In this document: piece by piece, positions 55,935-64,000 of the stretch
Layout of the letters: every line of letters starts with the position of its first letter
Position numbering within the stretch: position 1 is the first letter of the stretch
DNA from: an uncultured virus (IMG/VR IMGVR_UViG_3300044617_001027)
Taxonomy: Duplodnaviria > Heunggongvirae > Uroviricota > Caudoviricetes
Direction: 5' to 3' (one strand)
DNA: 64,000 nucleotides
Virus record (IMG/VR): IMGVR_UViG_3300044617_001027
The notes under the pieces: model-generated
Database searches by the model: none
Told to the model about the DNA's origin: nothing
Seen by the model: the letters and a program-made list of their open reading frames with translations, nothing else
Made by a program: the position numbers and the translations under genes

Positions 55935-56957
55935 TTATGATTTTAATCTGTTTACAAAGTTTCTATGCCATGAATCAAAGTCATTAATCCTAGAGAAAAG
56001 TCCGTCGAACGCAAACATTTGCATAAATTCATAGTCATAACTAGCGGGTACAAAATCCTGCAAAATTCTTCTTATTGCACTTTTTGTATGGTAAGAAACA
56101 TCAACGTTATGTAACTGAATTAACTTGTAGTTTAATTCTAATTTGTCAAAATCGTTAATGAGATTATCTAACCCTTTGTATTTTTTACCCTCTGAAATCA
56201 AATCTTTTGCCCGGTTATAAAAGAAATCCAAATCTTCTATTTTAGTATTTCTTATTTCCGGAAAAAATTTAATTATGTTTTTTTCTCCTATAGAACCGAA
56301 GCTAGGAATGTTGTCGCTGCGGTCCCCTACAAAAGCCTTGTAATATACGAAGTTTTCTGGGATAATTCCAAATTCTTCGGTAACTTTTTTCGGAGAATAC
56401 ATAATTTTTTTTGTAGGGTTATAAACTTGTATGTTTTCCGATACTAACTGGAGGTAGTCTTTATCAGATGACATTATAAATTTATATTTGTAATCATCTA
56501 AGTCATTTGAGTTTATGAGAATAGAAATAACATCGTCAGCTTCAACTCCGTCCATGATTAATTGAACAACAGGTAAATTATTTAAATACTCTATAAGTCT
56601 TCTAATTTGTCTTTCTGATTCTTTATCTGTACTTTCTGTCTTACTTTCGGTTAGTCTATTTAACTTAAGTCCTTTATGTTTGCCGGATTTATATCCTTTG
56701 TACATTTTTTTTCTCCGTACAGATCCTCCTTGACCATCAAATACAACAATAACTTTATTTATATTGTAAGTCTTAACAAAAGAAAACATACTTTCTAAGA
56801 ATCCAAAGGCACCTCCTATTGTGTGCCCATCCGTGTTCAATGTCGGATAGGCACAAAAGCATCTGATAAACAAATTAGTTCCATCTATTATAAGAACAGT
56901 CTTTTCGTTAGACATAAATCTATGATTATCTAACAATTTTGATAAATCAATTGTCAT
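55935..56957 (-). CDS. 5'-3' flap exonuclease (T4 RNase H-like)
   Basis: IIDGTN, VFDG, EADD, SSDKDYLQL, GDRSDNIP. Confidence 0.92.
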   Translation of the reverse strand: MTIDLSKLLDNHRFMSNEKTVLIIDGTNLFIRCFCAYPTLNTDGHTIGGAFGFLESMFSFVKTYNINKVIVVFDGQGGSVRRKKMYKGYKSGKHKGLKLNRLTESKTESTDKESERQIRRLIEYLNNLPVVQLIMDGVEADDVISILINSNDLDDYKYKFIMSSDKDYLQLVSENIQVYNPTKKIMYSPKKVTEEFGIIPENFVYYKAFVGDRSDNIPSFGSIGEKNIIKFFPEIRNTKIEDLDFFYNRAKDLISEGKKYKGLDNLINDFDKLELNYKLIQLHNVDVSYHTKSAIRRILQDFVPASYDYEFMQMFAFDGLFSRINDFDSWHRNFVNRLKS

Positions 56958-58125
56958 CTTCCGTTTCTTCTATGTGAATGAATGGAGTAGAATCTCCTTC
57001 GTCGCTACCGTCTCTTTTAATGTATGTTGTAATATAATAATCAGAAATATTAGAGAATATATCTTTACGTATTTCTTCCCTAGAAAATAGCTTATCGTGA
57101 AAATCTTTCCTTTGAAATTTTATTTCCTCTATAATTTCTCCGGTCTCTCTATTGCAATATTTATAAGTATACCAGGGTCCGGAAGCTGTTGCAATTCCTT
57201 TGTCTTTTAGGAAATCCATAATTGAACTTACATCATCAATTCCTGAGTTATACATAATATTGAAGGATGCTTTTCTATGAGGAGGTCCTATTCTATTCTT
57301 GATAATCTCTGCTTCCGTAGTAATACCTAAAGGCAAATCTTTTTCAGGACCCTGTATTTTTCCTTTCTTGACTAACTTAACTCTTATGGATGAGTGAAAA
57401 CCAATAGCCTTACCTCCTGATGTAGTGTAAGAATCCCCCATTCCTGGTCTAGCCTGTAGATTCTGCCTAAGTTGGTTAGTGAAAATTAAAAGAATCTTTT
57501 CTCTGCCTAACAAGTTTGTAAGTTTACGCATGGCTTTAGATATAATGATTGCCTTTTGCGTAGCCCATCCATCTTTGTCATAATTACCCTCAATCTCGTC
57601 CTTTGTACTTGCTCCCATTACTGAATCCACAACAATAGTTACGATAACATCTTTATTAGATGCTCTCATTTGCTCTATTATAGTTTCGACTGAATTAAAA
57701 ACATCTTCTATAACTTCATGCTGCACATATACGAAGTTCTTTTTTAAATCTACACCAATAGCACTTAGAAATTCTTTACTCACAGCACTCTCTGTATCTA
57801 TAATAATTCCAATTCCTCCTTTCTTTTGTGTTTCTTTTATAGCGTGAGCAGCTAATAAAGATTTTCCGGATTGTTCTAGTCCTATTAATTCTACAATTTT
57901 ACCTACAGGATACCCGCCATTTTCTCTATTGGAGATAGCCATATCTAGTGTTGTACATCCGGTAGGTATAAAATCACTAACATTTGTAGGTGCTAACGTA
58001 GAGTCTTCTAGCTTGTAAGCTACAGTCCCTATGTCTTTTTTGTACTTAGCATTTATCGCATCTATCAAAGATGATGCAAAAGATGTATCAGTCCTCTCTT
58101 GGGAGGATTCCTTTTTCTTTGCCAT
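56947..58125 (-). CDS. recA: RecA/UvsX recombinase
   Basis: GLEQSGKS, IDTE, VVDSV, NQLR, TSGGKAIGF, KNR. Confidence 0.92.
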   Translation of the reverse strand: MAKKKESSQERTDTSFASSLIDAINAKYKKDIGTVAYKLEDSTLAPTNVSDFIPTGCTTLDMAISNRENGGYPVGKIVELIGLEQSGKSLLAAHAIKETQKKGGIGIIIDTESAVSKEFLSAIGVDLKKNFVYVQHEVIEDVFNSVETIIEQMRASNKDVIVTIVVDSVMGASTKDEIEGNYDKDGWATQKAIIISKAMRKLTNLLGREKILLIFTNQLRQNLQARPGMGDSYTTSGGKAIGFHSSIRVKLVKKGKIQGPEKDLPLGITTEAEIIKNRIGPPHRKASFNIMYNSGIDDVSSIMDFLKDKGIATASGPWYTYKYCNRETGEIIEEIKFQRKDFHDKLFSREEIRKDIFSNISDYYITTYIKRDGSDEGDSTPFIHIEETEDDN

Positions 58126-58138
58126 AATTAACGTTTTT

Positions 58139-59008
58139 TTATATAGAATCTAGAAATTTAGAAAAATCGTCTTCAAGTGATTTGGTAGCTACTGGTTTTT
58201 CAACCTGTTTATTTCTTACCTCTTCCGTAGTTTCTTGTGTCTTTGTGCCACCTCTTATAATCTCTGTTGATTCCGGTGCCTTGCTTTTCGAGAATAAAGA
58301 TCCCGCTAAAGAAGTTACCATTTTTTCAATCTCTTCTTTTGTATGAGTAACGTACAAATCCTCAATATTTCCCATTTCCTCATACTGTCTCTTAAAATCC
58401 TCAATAGTATAGCCTTCTTCCGCTCTTTCTATCAAATTAGTCGGGCTTCTCTTTGCTGTAATTTCTACTCCACCTCCCGAAGGTTTAGTAATAACTAAGT
58501 CAGTTCCTATTTTTAAGTCAAAGATTTTTGACGAGTCTTCTCCTTCTTCCTCGAAAATAGTATTCATGATATTGAATATTTTCTCGTAAGTCTTAGTGTT
58601 TACAGGCCATACTTTGATTCCTGACGATTCCTTTCCTCTTATTAGAACAGGAACATAGTAAAATTTTTGAGGAGAGAAGTACTTAATAAACTGCTTGTTG
58701 TTCTCATAATCTTCTCTGTACAATTTGTTTGCGAAAATCTCGGCAGGATCTTCTTGTTGGAAGGTCTTAGGGGATGCAAACTCATAATTGGCTAGACCTA
58801 TTTTTGTAACGAAATCTCTACCATGAAGATAGACTGTGTAAAAAGGCCACTCAGGGTCTCTTTTATTTGGTACTATCCTAATGGTAGAAGTTCCGGATGT
58901 AGGTCTCCAAATATAATCAAAAATGTTTTTACCTTTCTTTCTACCTGTAGGGCCGGAGTTAGAAAGTTTACTCGCTTCTTGTTTGAAACGTTCTGCAAAA
59001 TTACTCAT
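58139..59008 (-). CDS. single-stranded DNA-binding protein (T4 gp32-like)
   Basis: WRP..TIRIVP, DP, GTDL and acidic DDF C-terminus; next to recA. Confidence 0.75.
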   Translation of the reverse strand: MSNFAERFKQEASKLSNSGPTGRKKGKNIFDYIWRPTSGTSTIRIVPNKRDPEWPFYTVYLHGRDFVTKIGLANYEFASPKTFQQEDPAEIFANKLYREDYENNKQFIKYFSPQKFYYVPVLIRGKESSGIKVWPVNTKTYEKIFNIMNTIFEEEGEDSSKIFDLKIGTDLVITKPSGGGVEITAKRSPTNLIERAEEGYTIEDFKRQYEEMGNIEDLYVTHTKEEIEKMVTSLAGSLFSKSKAPESTEIIRGGTKTQETTEEVRNKQVEKPVATKSLEDDFSKFLDSI

Positions 59009-59019
59009 AACTATATAAA

Positions 59020-59430
59020 TTAAATGTTAGAAATATTCTTTTTGTAAAGAAACTTTAAGTCAATTATTCTCAATCCATCAGATCCTGTCACTATTAGGCA
59101 ATTCTCGTAAGCATACCAGTCAATTTTATAATTAACATCAAGTTTACCATTATTCGATTGCTCTATAAGTATGTTAAGGCCATTTAGAGTGAATAAAGTT
59201 CCGGTTTCTTTATTTCTATGTAATATAAGGGTGGACGGAAGTAATGTAAAATCTTCCTCTCTGATAACATTGTAACTTAAAATTAGTTCATCATTATCGG
59301 ATGCATTTCTAAAAACAAATACACTATCGTTTGTTATATCATAAGTGTTTCTAATAGTCTTCAATGTACTTTCTATAAAATGCGGGTGGCAAAAAGTACA
59401 TAATAATTTTGTAGGTTTCCTCTCAATCAT
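59020..59430 (-). CDS. conserved hypothetical phage protein
   Basis: LLCTF, HRNKET.TLFTLNGLN. Confidence 0.75.
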   Translation of the reverse strand: MIERKPTKLLCTFCHPHFIESTLKTIRNTYDITNDSVFVFRNASDNDELILSYNVIREEDFTLLPSTLILHRNKETGTLFTLNGLNILIEQSNNGKLDVNYKIDWYAYENCLIVTGSDGLRIIDLKFLYKKNISNI

Positions 59431-60761
59431 GTTTTCATGTTTTCCAAATCAAAAGATTTCATGTTAAAATAGTTTTTTCCAATTTTCACAGATGAGCTAA
59501 ACCCAGAATCGTTTATAATCTTTTGTATTCCCCTTAATGTTTCCAATCCATCTTCTCTGTCAAAATCTAATAAGAAAGAATCATACACATATAATACGAT
59601 TTGCGTTTTCTTCGACTGCAAATATACAATAATTTTACTAATAATGTCAAAAAAATGTTCAACTTCCATTAATTGTATAACATAAGAGAATAATTTTCCT
59701 TTTGTGTAGGAGTAATCATCTTTTAGATTCGATAGTTTTAAAGTTCTTACACAGTATGGAACAATAACTTCTTTATCTTGAACCATTTGACTATATATCG
59801 AATCCCTATATTTATACAATGCACTAAAGAAAGGAATCTTCTTAGCATCCCCCCTTTCAGAATAAATATTAGTGAAAGTGATTTTTTTAGCTTCATCGTA
59901 TTCTTGCGGGGATATATTATTCTTCTTGAAATACATCTTTGCTAAATACATGTGAACATCTTCTTCTTCTAATGTATATCCAATGGCCTTTGCAATCAGA
60001 TATAAATGAAATGACTTAATATCAAATTCCACTAATATCCCTCTATCATGCCTAGAAATGAATCCTAAGCGATGTTTTTCATCTTTTGGTATTGCGCTAA
60101 GGTTAATACCATTACATGTCCCTACGGGCCTTCCTGTGGCATTGTATAGCATGTATTTAGGATGTAATAAAGATATTGTTAATTTCTTATTGTAAACTTC
60201 ATTTATTTGAGGAATGTCAATGCATATTCCATTATCTCTAATATGATTTAAAGATGATAGAATAGATGTATATTTTTCAATTACAGATGATTTTTTATCC
60301 AATGTGCTTAAATAGGATAGCTGACTATTAAAACATCTTAAGAACATGTAATATGGAATATAGATGTTATAGGATGTTGATGGATAATAAAATCTTTTGT
60401 ACTTAGATGTAAATGAATATAAATCTCCTAAATAATCTGTATCTCCTTTGTTTAGCCAATATAGTAATGGGAACTCGGTTGAAAATTTACTAGGGAAATA
60501 ATAATCAAAGATGTATTTAGATGAAGCTATTACATAATTAAATGATAATAATGTCTGTAATGTCTCTAATGTTATGTTTGATTTAAATTCTTCATGTTGT
60601 AATGCTATTGAATATGACTCATTTGATTTGTAGTCATGTATAAATAACATAGAGAGCCCCTCCGAAAAATTTGACATATCTTTCGGAATAGGAAACACAA
60701 AGGAACCCGAAAAATTAGTTTGGACCTCCCTTAGTTGATCCTCGTTCTCAATAACCATCAT
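59427..60761 (-). CDS. divergent second family-A DNA polymerase-like protein
   Basis: TGRP, EFDIKSFH (A), EAKKITFTNIYS (B), YVYDSF (C); no recognisable exonuclease motifs. Confidence 0.75.
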   Translation of the reverse strand: MMVIENEDQLREVQTNFSGSFVFPIPKDMSNFSEGLSMLFIHDYKSNESYSIALQHEEFKSNITLETLQTLLSFNYVIASSKYIFDYYFPSKFSTEFPLLYWLNKGDTDYLGDLYSFTSKYKRFYYPSTSYNIYIPYYMFLRCFNSQLSYLSTLDKKSSVIEKYTSILSSLNHIRDNGICIDIPQINEVYNKKLTISLLHPKYMLYNATGRPVGTCNGINLSAIPKDEKHRLGFISRHDRGILVEFDIKSFHLYLIAKAIGYTLEEEDVHMYLAKMYFKKNNISPQEYDEAKKITFTNIYSERGDAKKIPFFSALYKYRDSIYSQMVQDKEVIVPYCVRTLKLSNLKDDYSYTKGKLFSYVIQLMEVEHFFDIISKIIVYLQSKKTQIVLYVYDSFLLDFDREDGLETLRGIQKIINDSGFSSSVKIGKNYFNMKSFDLENMKT

Positions 60762-61266
60762 CTATATAAAACTCATTATAATTTACAATAAACCTCTTAA
60801 GTCCTGGAAAAGTTGTATCTGCACTTAAAACTTCATTCCTGTTTAATTGCGCTACTTTAACTTTATCTCCACGGACTTTCCAATAGATTTCTGCAAATAT
60901 AAGTCTATTTTTGTTATCCTGCAAGTTTTTAGCAGAAAAATAATCATCTTTTTTAATTTCGGTTATAGATGTTATTGGTTTTATTCTTTTTTGGTAAAAA
61001 TATCTTTTAAAATAAAGACCTTCTTCTTCTATAACTTCTTTTGTTGGTGTGTATGGATTTATGTTAATATACTCTACCATGGGCTCCGAACCAAGAGAAG
61101 AATATACCCTTCTCTTAAATTCGTACTCTAAAAATAATCTTTTTCTAGTATCCTTCCCGTTTATACCTGCGTATGGTATTCTGTTGGTATAAAAATAATA
61201 TCCTTTGTATGACATGTTATTTTCATCCCATAAAAAACCGCCTTCTGTATAGAAAAAATTAGCCAT
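60748..61266 (-). CDS. hypothetical phage protein
   Basis: FYTEGG, YKGYY, FKRYF. Confidence 0.7.
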   Translation of the reverse strand: MANFFYTEGGFLWDENNMSYKGYYFYTNRIPYAGINGKDTRKRLFLEYEFKRRVYSSLGSEPMVEYININPYTPTKEVIEEEGLYFKRYFYQKRIKPITSITEIKKDDYFSAKNLQDNKNRLIFAEIYWKVRGDKVKVAQLNRNEVLSADTTFPGLKRFIVNYNEFYIDDGY

Positions 61267-61279
61267 GATTTATTTTATT

Positions 61280-63298
61280 TTATGCTCCTAAGGTAGGCGT
61301 TCCCGGAGGTACAACTGTACAAATGGACTCTAATTCAGTTTGCCAATCCTGTCCCTCTACTACATGATGAACTCTAGTAACTATAAAAGCAATATCTCTA
61401 TCCGTAGTATAACTTGGAGGAACTGTATTGCTGTTTATATGATGTCCTATTCTCCATCCTCCTACTCCGTCCATTTTGACATTCATTTTCATGAGCCATA
61501 AATATTGATTATTATTTACTAAAGAAGATGTTGGTCTTCCTTTGTTTATATTAAATAATAAAGTTCTAGCTGCATCACAAGTCTCATTACTATATTTTGT
61601 TCTAGGCATTAATTTATTATAGTATTCATCTAAAAGTCTAGTAGCTAGCTCTTCTAAATCATTGATAGATAATCCGTCATTGGTATCGCTTCTAATAGCA
61701 TTTGTTACTCTAGAATTATTAAATATGTTTTTAACTAAAGATGCATGCAAATCAGTAGAAGGTAATTCGGCAGTAATGCTAAGTTCTCTAGTAGATCCAT
61801 CACCATTCAAAGTATTGAATTTCCATATATCTAATCCGGTATCTACGAAAGTGGTAGGTACTATTTTCAAAATTTTGTGTTTAGTTAAATCATCTTTGTC
61901 ATTAGTCCCGTCGTCTACTATCAAACCTAGTTGAACAAAACCACCTGTACAGTTGCTAATCGTAGTAAATATGTTTTTAAAAAACTCTGTTACTCTTAAA
62001 TATTCTTCTAATATAAAAGTATCTTTTGAATTTACTCCAGCTCTAGGTTTCTCAACAGTATGCATTGTTGAATTTATAGCTTCCCATATTATATTTCTAT
62101 GTATTAATATCTTTCTAAAATCTATATAATCTCCATAATGAGATTTTATTCCATCTAAAGCTATTCCTTTTTCGTAATTCTTTCCTGTAACTTTAATTTC
62201 TTTATCTCTGTAATCTCCTGCTCCATTACCTAATATAAGAATTTTTCTAGGATCGCAGGATCTAACCACTATGGAGTTACATAATGATACGGTAGAGCAT
62301 CTTGGTTTTTCTGCGAATCCTACATAAACATCTCTAATTCCTGAATCTGAATCTGTATATTTAGCATATAAAGGATAGAGACAAAACTCATTTATTAATC
62401 TGTCTACTACATATTGTAAAGTAAAAAACTCATCTGTAGTTGTCTGTGCGGTAGGTATTTGATCTGGGTCTGCACTTAAAGCCGTACCTTCTACGGGTTG
62501 ATAAACAATTATATCACTCTTTGTTAGTTGCCCTCTAAAATTCAAATATTGTATGCCATTGCTAACTTTACCTTCATAACTTTTTTTTCTTTCGTAAGGA
62601 ACTATGGTTCCATCAGGTATATCATCTGTTAAGGTGGCTCCTGATTTCTGAGCATCATATAACATCAATTCATAATATCCGTTAACTTGGGATTCTACAA
62701 CTTTACTATCAAAAGTTTTATTATGTTTATAATAAAGTTTAGCATTATCCCATATTCCACTAAATCCAATATCAACGGAAGAAAAAACTTCTCCCGGTCC
62801 TATAGCCTCAAAAGATAACTGGTAATAATTTTCATTTGTAGTTTGCCAGGTTCCGTAAGCTATATAACATCCTGAAACTGTATAGGAAGGGCATCCGTCA
62901 AAAGGAGCGGCATAAGCCATTGTTATAGATAATTGATTTTTAGGGTCGTTAATACAAAAAACTTCAGAGTATCTTATAAAGTCAGACAGAGTATAAACTT
63001 CAATAGTTCCCCTTATTCTCATAGAAAGATTTACTAAGGACGCATCGTGTCCTATTCTTTCTATTTCGGCTCGTAATAAATTGGGTCTAGGTTTAAGGGA
63101 TCTAGGGCTATAAGTTTGCGTAAAAGTGTCTTCTCTTGTAGATACAGTTATTCCTTGTTTTTTTATAGTACAATATGCTGTATTTCTTGTTTTTGGTTTG
63201 TAATAATTCTCTGTATTACCTTTTGAGTAAAGGTTAAGTCTGCTACCAAGAACATTTTTTACAGAATCCGGTATTTTTCTTCTAAAAGGGGGTGCCAT
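61280..63298 (-). CDS. putative baseplate hub/tail protein
   Basis: C-terminal MDGVGGWRIG..FIVTRVHHVV..DWQTEL, typical of hub (gp27/gpD-like) proteins; baseplate gene context. Confidence 0.55.
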   Translation of the reverse strand: MAPPFRRKIPDSVKNVLGSRLNLYSKGNTENYYKPKTRNTAYCTIKKQGITVSTREDTFTQTYSPRSLKPRPNLLRAEIERIGHDASLVNLSMRIRGTIEVYTLSDFIRYSEVFCINDPKNQLSITMAYAAPFDGCPSYTVSGCYIAYGTWQTTNENYYQLSFEAIGPGEVFSSVDIGFSGIWDNAKLYYKHNKTFDSKVVESQVNGYYELMLYDAQKSGATLTDDIPDGTIVPYERKKSYEGKVSNGIQYLNFRGQLTKSDIIVYQPVEGTALSADPDQIPTAQTTTDEFFTLQYVVDRLINEFCLYPLYAKYTDSDSGIRDVYVGFAEKPRCSTVSLCNSIVVRSCDPRKILILGNGAGDYRDKEIKVTGKNYEKGIALDGIKSHYGDYIDFRKILIHRNIIWEAINSTMHTVEKPRAGVNSKDTFILEEYLRVTEFFKNIFTTISNCTGGFVQLGLIVDDGTNDKDDLTKHKILKIVPTTFVDTGLDIWKFNTLNGDGSTRELSITAELPSTDLHASLVKNIFNNSRVTNAIRSDTNDGLSINDLEELATRLLDEYYNKLMPRTKYSNETCDAARTLLFNINKGRPTSSLVNNNQYLWLMKMNVKMDGVGGWRIGHHINSNTVPPSYTTDRDIAFIVTRVHHVVEGQDWQTELESICTVVPPGTPTLGA

Positions 63299-63599
63299 TT
63301 ATTGATTCATTTTTTAATTGTTCTAATTCTAAATCATCTAAAGGATATGGAATTCTTAATCTTATCCCAATAGGAGGTACAATAGACCCTTTTCCTATGT
63401 CATTTTCATTAGCTAGTATCCACCAATATCTAGGATCTCCGTAGTAATCGTTGGCTAATAAATCAAGTCTATCTCCTGCTTTAGCATATATAAAAAAATC
63501 ACTAGTCTTGAAGGGTATCTTGTAGTAATATGTAGTGCTATACCTTCTAACACCTGATTCTTCTTTAATTACAGTGGTTATGTTTTCGTATCTATTCAT
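63282..63599 (-). CDS. baseplate wedge LysM-like protein (gp53/P2 gpX-like)
   Basis: GDRLDLLA.DYYGD..YWWILA.EN..G..LRIP. Confidence 0.8.
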   Translation of the reverse strand: MNRYENITTVIKEESGVRRYSTTYYYKIPFKTSDFFIYAKAGDRLDLLANDYYGDPRYWWILANENDIGKGSIVPPIGIRLRIPYPLDDLELEQLKNESINGTPF

Positions 63600-64000
63600 T
63601 ATCCAAAAAAGTTTGATGCCACTTGAGGTTTTCTTTTACCTATATATCCAATTTCCATAGAAACATTTGTAATCATAGGTAACTCTTTATCTTCGTCCCA
63701 TACTATTTGTGAATTATCCCAATCAAAAGTTAATCCTTTTATGTAACCCATTTCTTCTGTATATAGTTTACCTATACTAAACTTAACATAAGAACCAACA
63801 AACGGTCCGTTATATACAGGAAGTGCAAGTTTAGATAATTCATTAAGTTTAGCAGTGACAGAGTCTATACTTATTCCGGATGTGATATTGGGGTATGTAA
63901 TGTTAGCTACTCTTGTAGATAATGTAGATGTTTTAGAGGCATCATTTAAGTTTATCGATACGTCTCTTGTAGCGTACTCAGTACCCGAAGCTCTTTGTAT
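63599..64000 (-). CDS. partial baseplate/tail-tube-initiator-like protein (5' end outside window)
   Basis: ...VKFSIGKLYTEEMGYIKGLTFDW..WDEDKELPMITNVSMEIGYIG..FFG*; TAATG overlap with the next gene. Confidence 0.55.
   Translation of the reverse strand: MQRASGTEYATRDVSINLNDASKTSTLSTRVANITYPNITSGISIDSVTAKLNELSKLALPVYNGPFVGSYVKFSIGKLYTEEMGYIKGLTFDWDNSQIVWDEDKELPMITNVSMEIGYIGKRKPQVASNFFG

Noticed and set aside
1174..61934. Many short antisense ORFs in the ORF track (e.g. 2976..3362, 7412..7789, 45428..45868, 46282..46707)
   Set aside because: They lie opposite well-supported genes and have no promoter, leader or motif support.
21952..64000. Stop-codon reassignment (alternative genetic code)
   Set aside because: Long conserved genes (polA, nrdAB, recA, GTs) are intact and tightly packed under the standard code, and no suppressor tRNA is seen.

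Overview
This 64-kb window is from a large AT-rich phage, probably a jumbo myovirus. The host is most likely in Bacteroidota, because about 33 copies of the Bacteroidota primary-sigma -7 element TAnnTTTG sit upstream of genes and Shine-Dalgarno sites are not evident. (1) 1-21.0 kb, minus strand: an early/host-takeover region of about 50 small genes. Most are separated by repeated regulatory modules: a promoter embedded in a covarying hairpin, 11-bp-phased TTAAC boxes, a conserved ACCACTTAAA-type leader, 15 copies of a fixed-spacing inverted-repeat site, and terminators. It also holds an aberrant 110-nt tRNA-like gene and a CATCTA-rich non-coding tract. (2) 21.0-21.95 kb: a repeat-rich non-coding point where transcription diverges. 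(3) 21.95-27.15 kb, plus strand: methyltransferase, tRNA(CAT), MazG-like pyrophosphatase, membrane-anchored glucosaminidase and S8 protease. (4) 27.15-64 kb, minus strand: 2OG-Fe(II) oxygenase, HNH nucleases, a TM-PAS protein and a 15-kb island of about 11 glycosyltransferases plus 2 methyltransferases. One glycosyltransferase resembles plant HPAT/SERGT protein O-glycosyltransferases. The replication block follows (Cas4-like nuclease, PolA, NrdAB, DnaB-like helicase, flap nuclease, RecA/UvsX, gp32-like SSB, a second divergent PolA), then baseplate genes. All product calls come from recognising motifs by eye; no searches were run.
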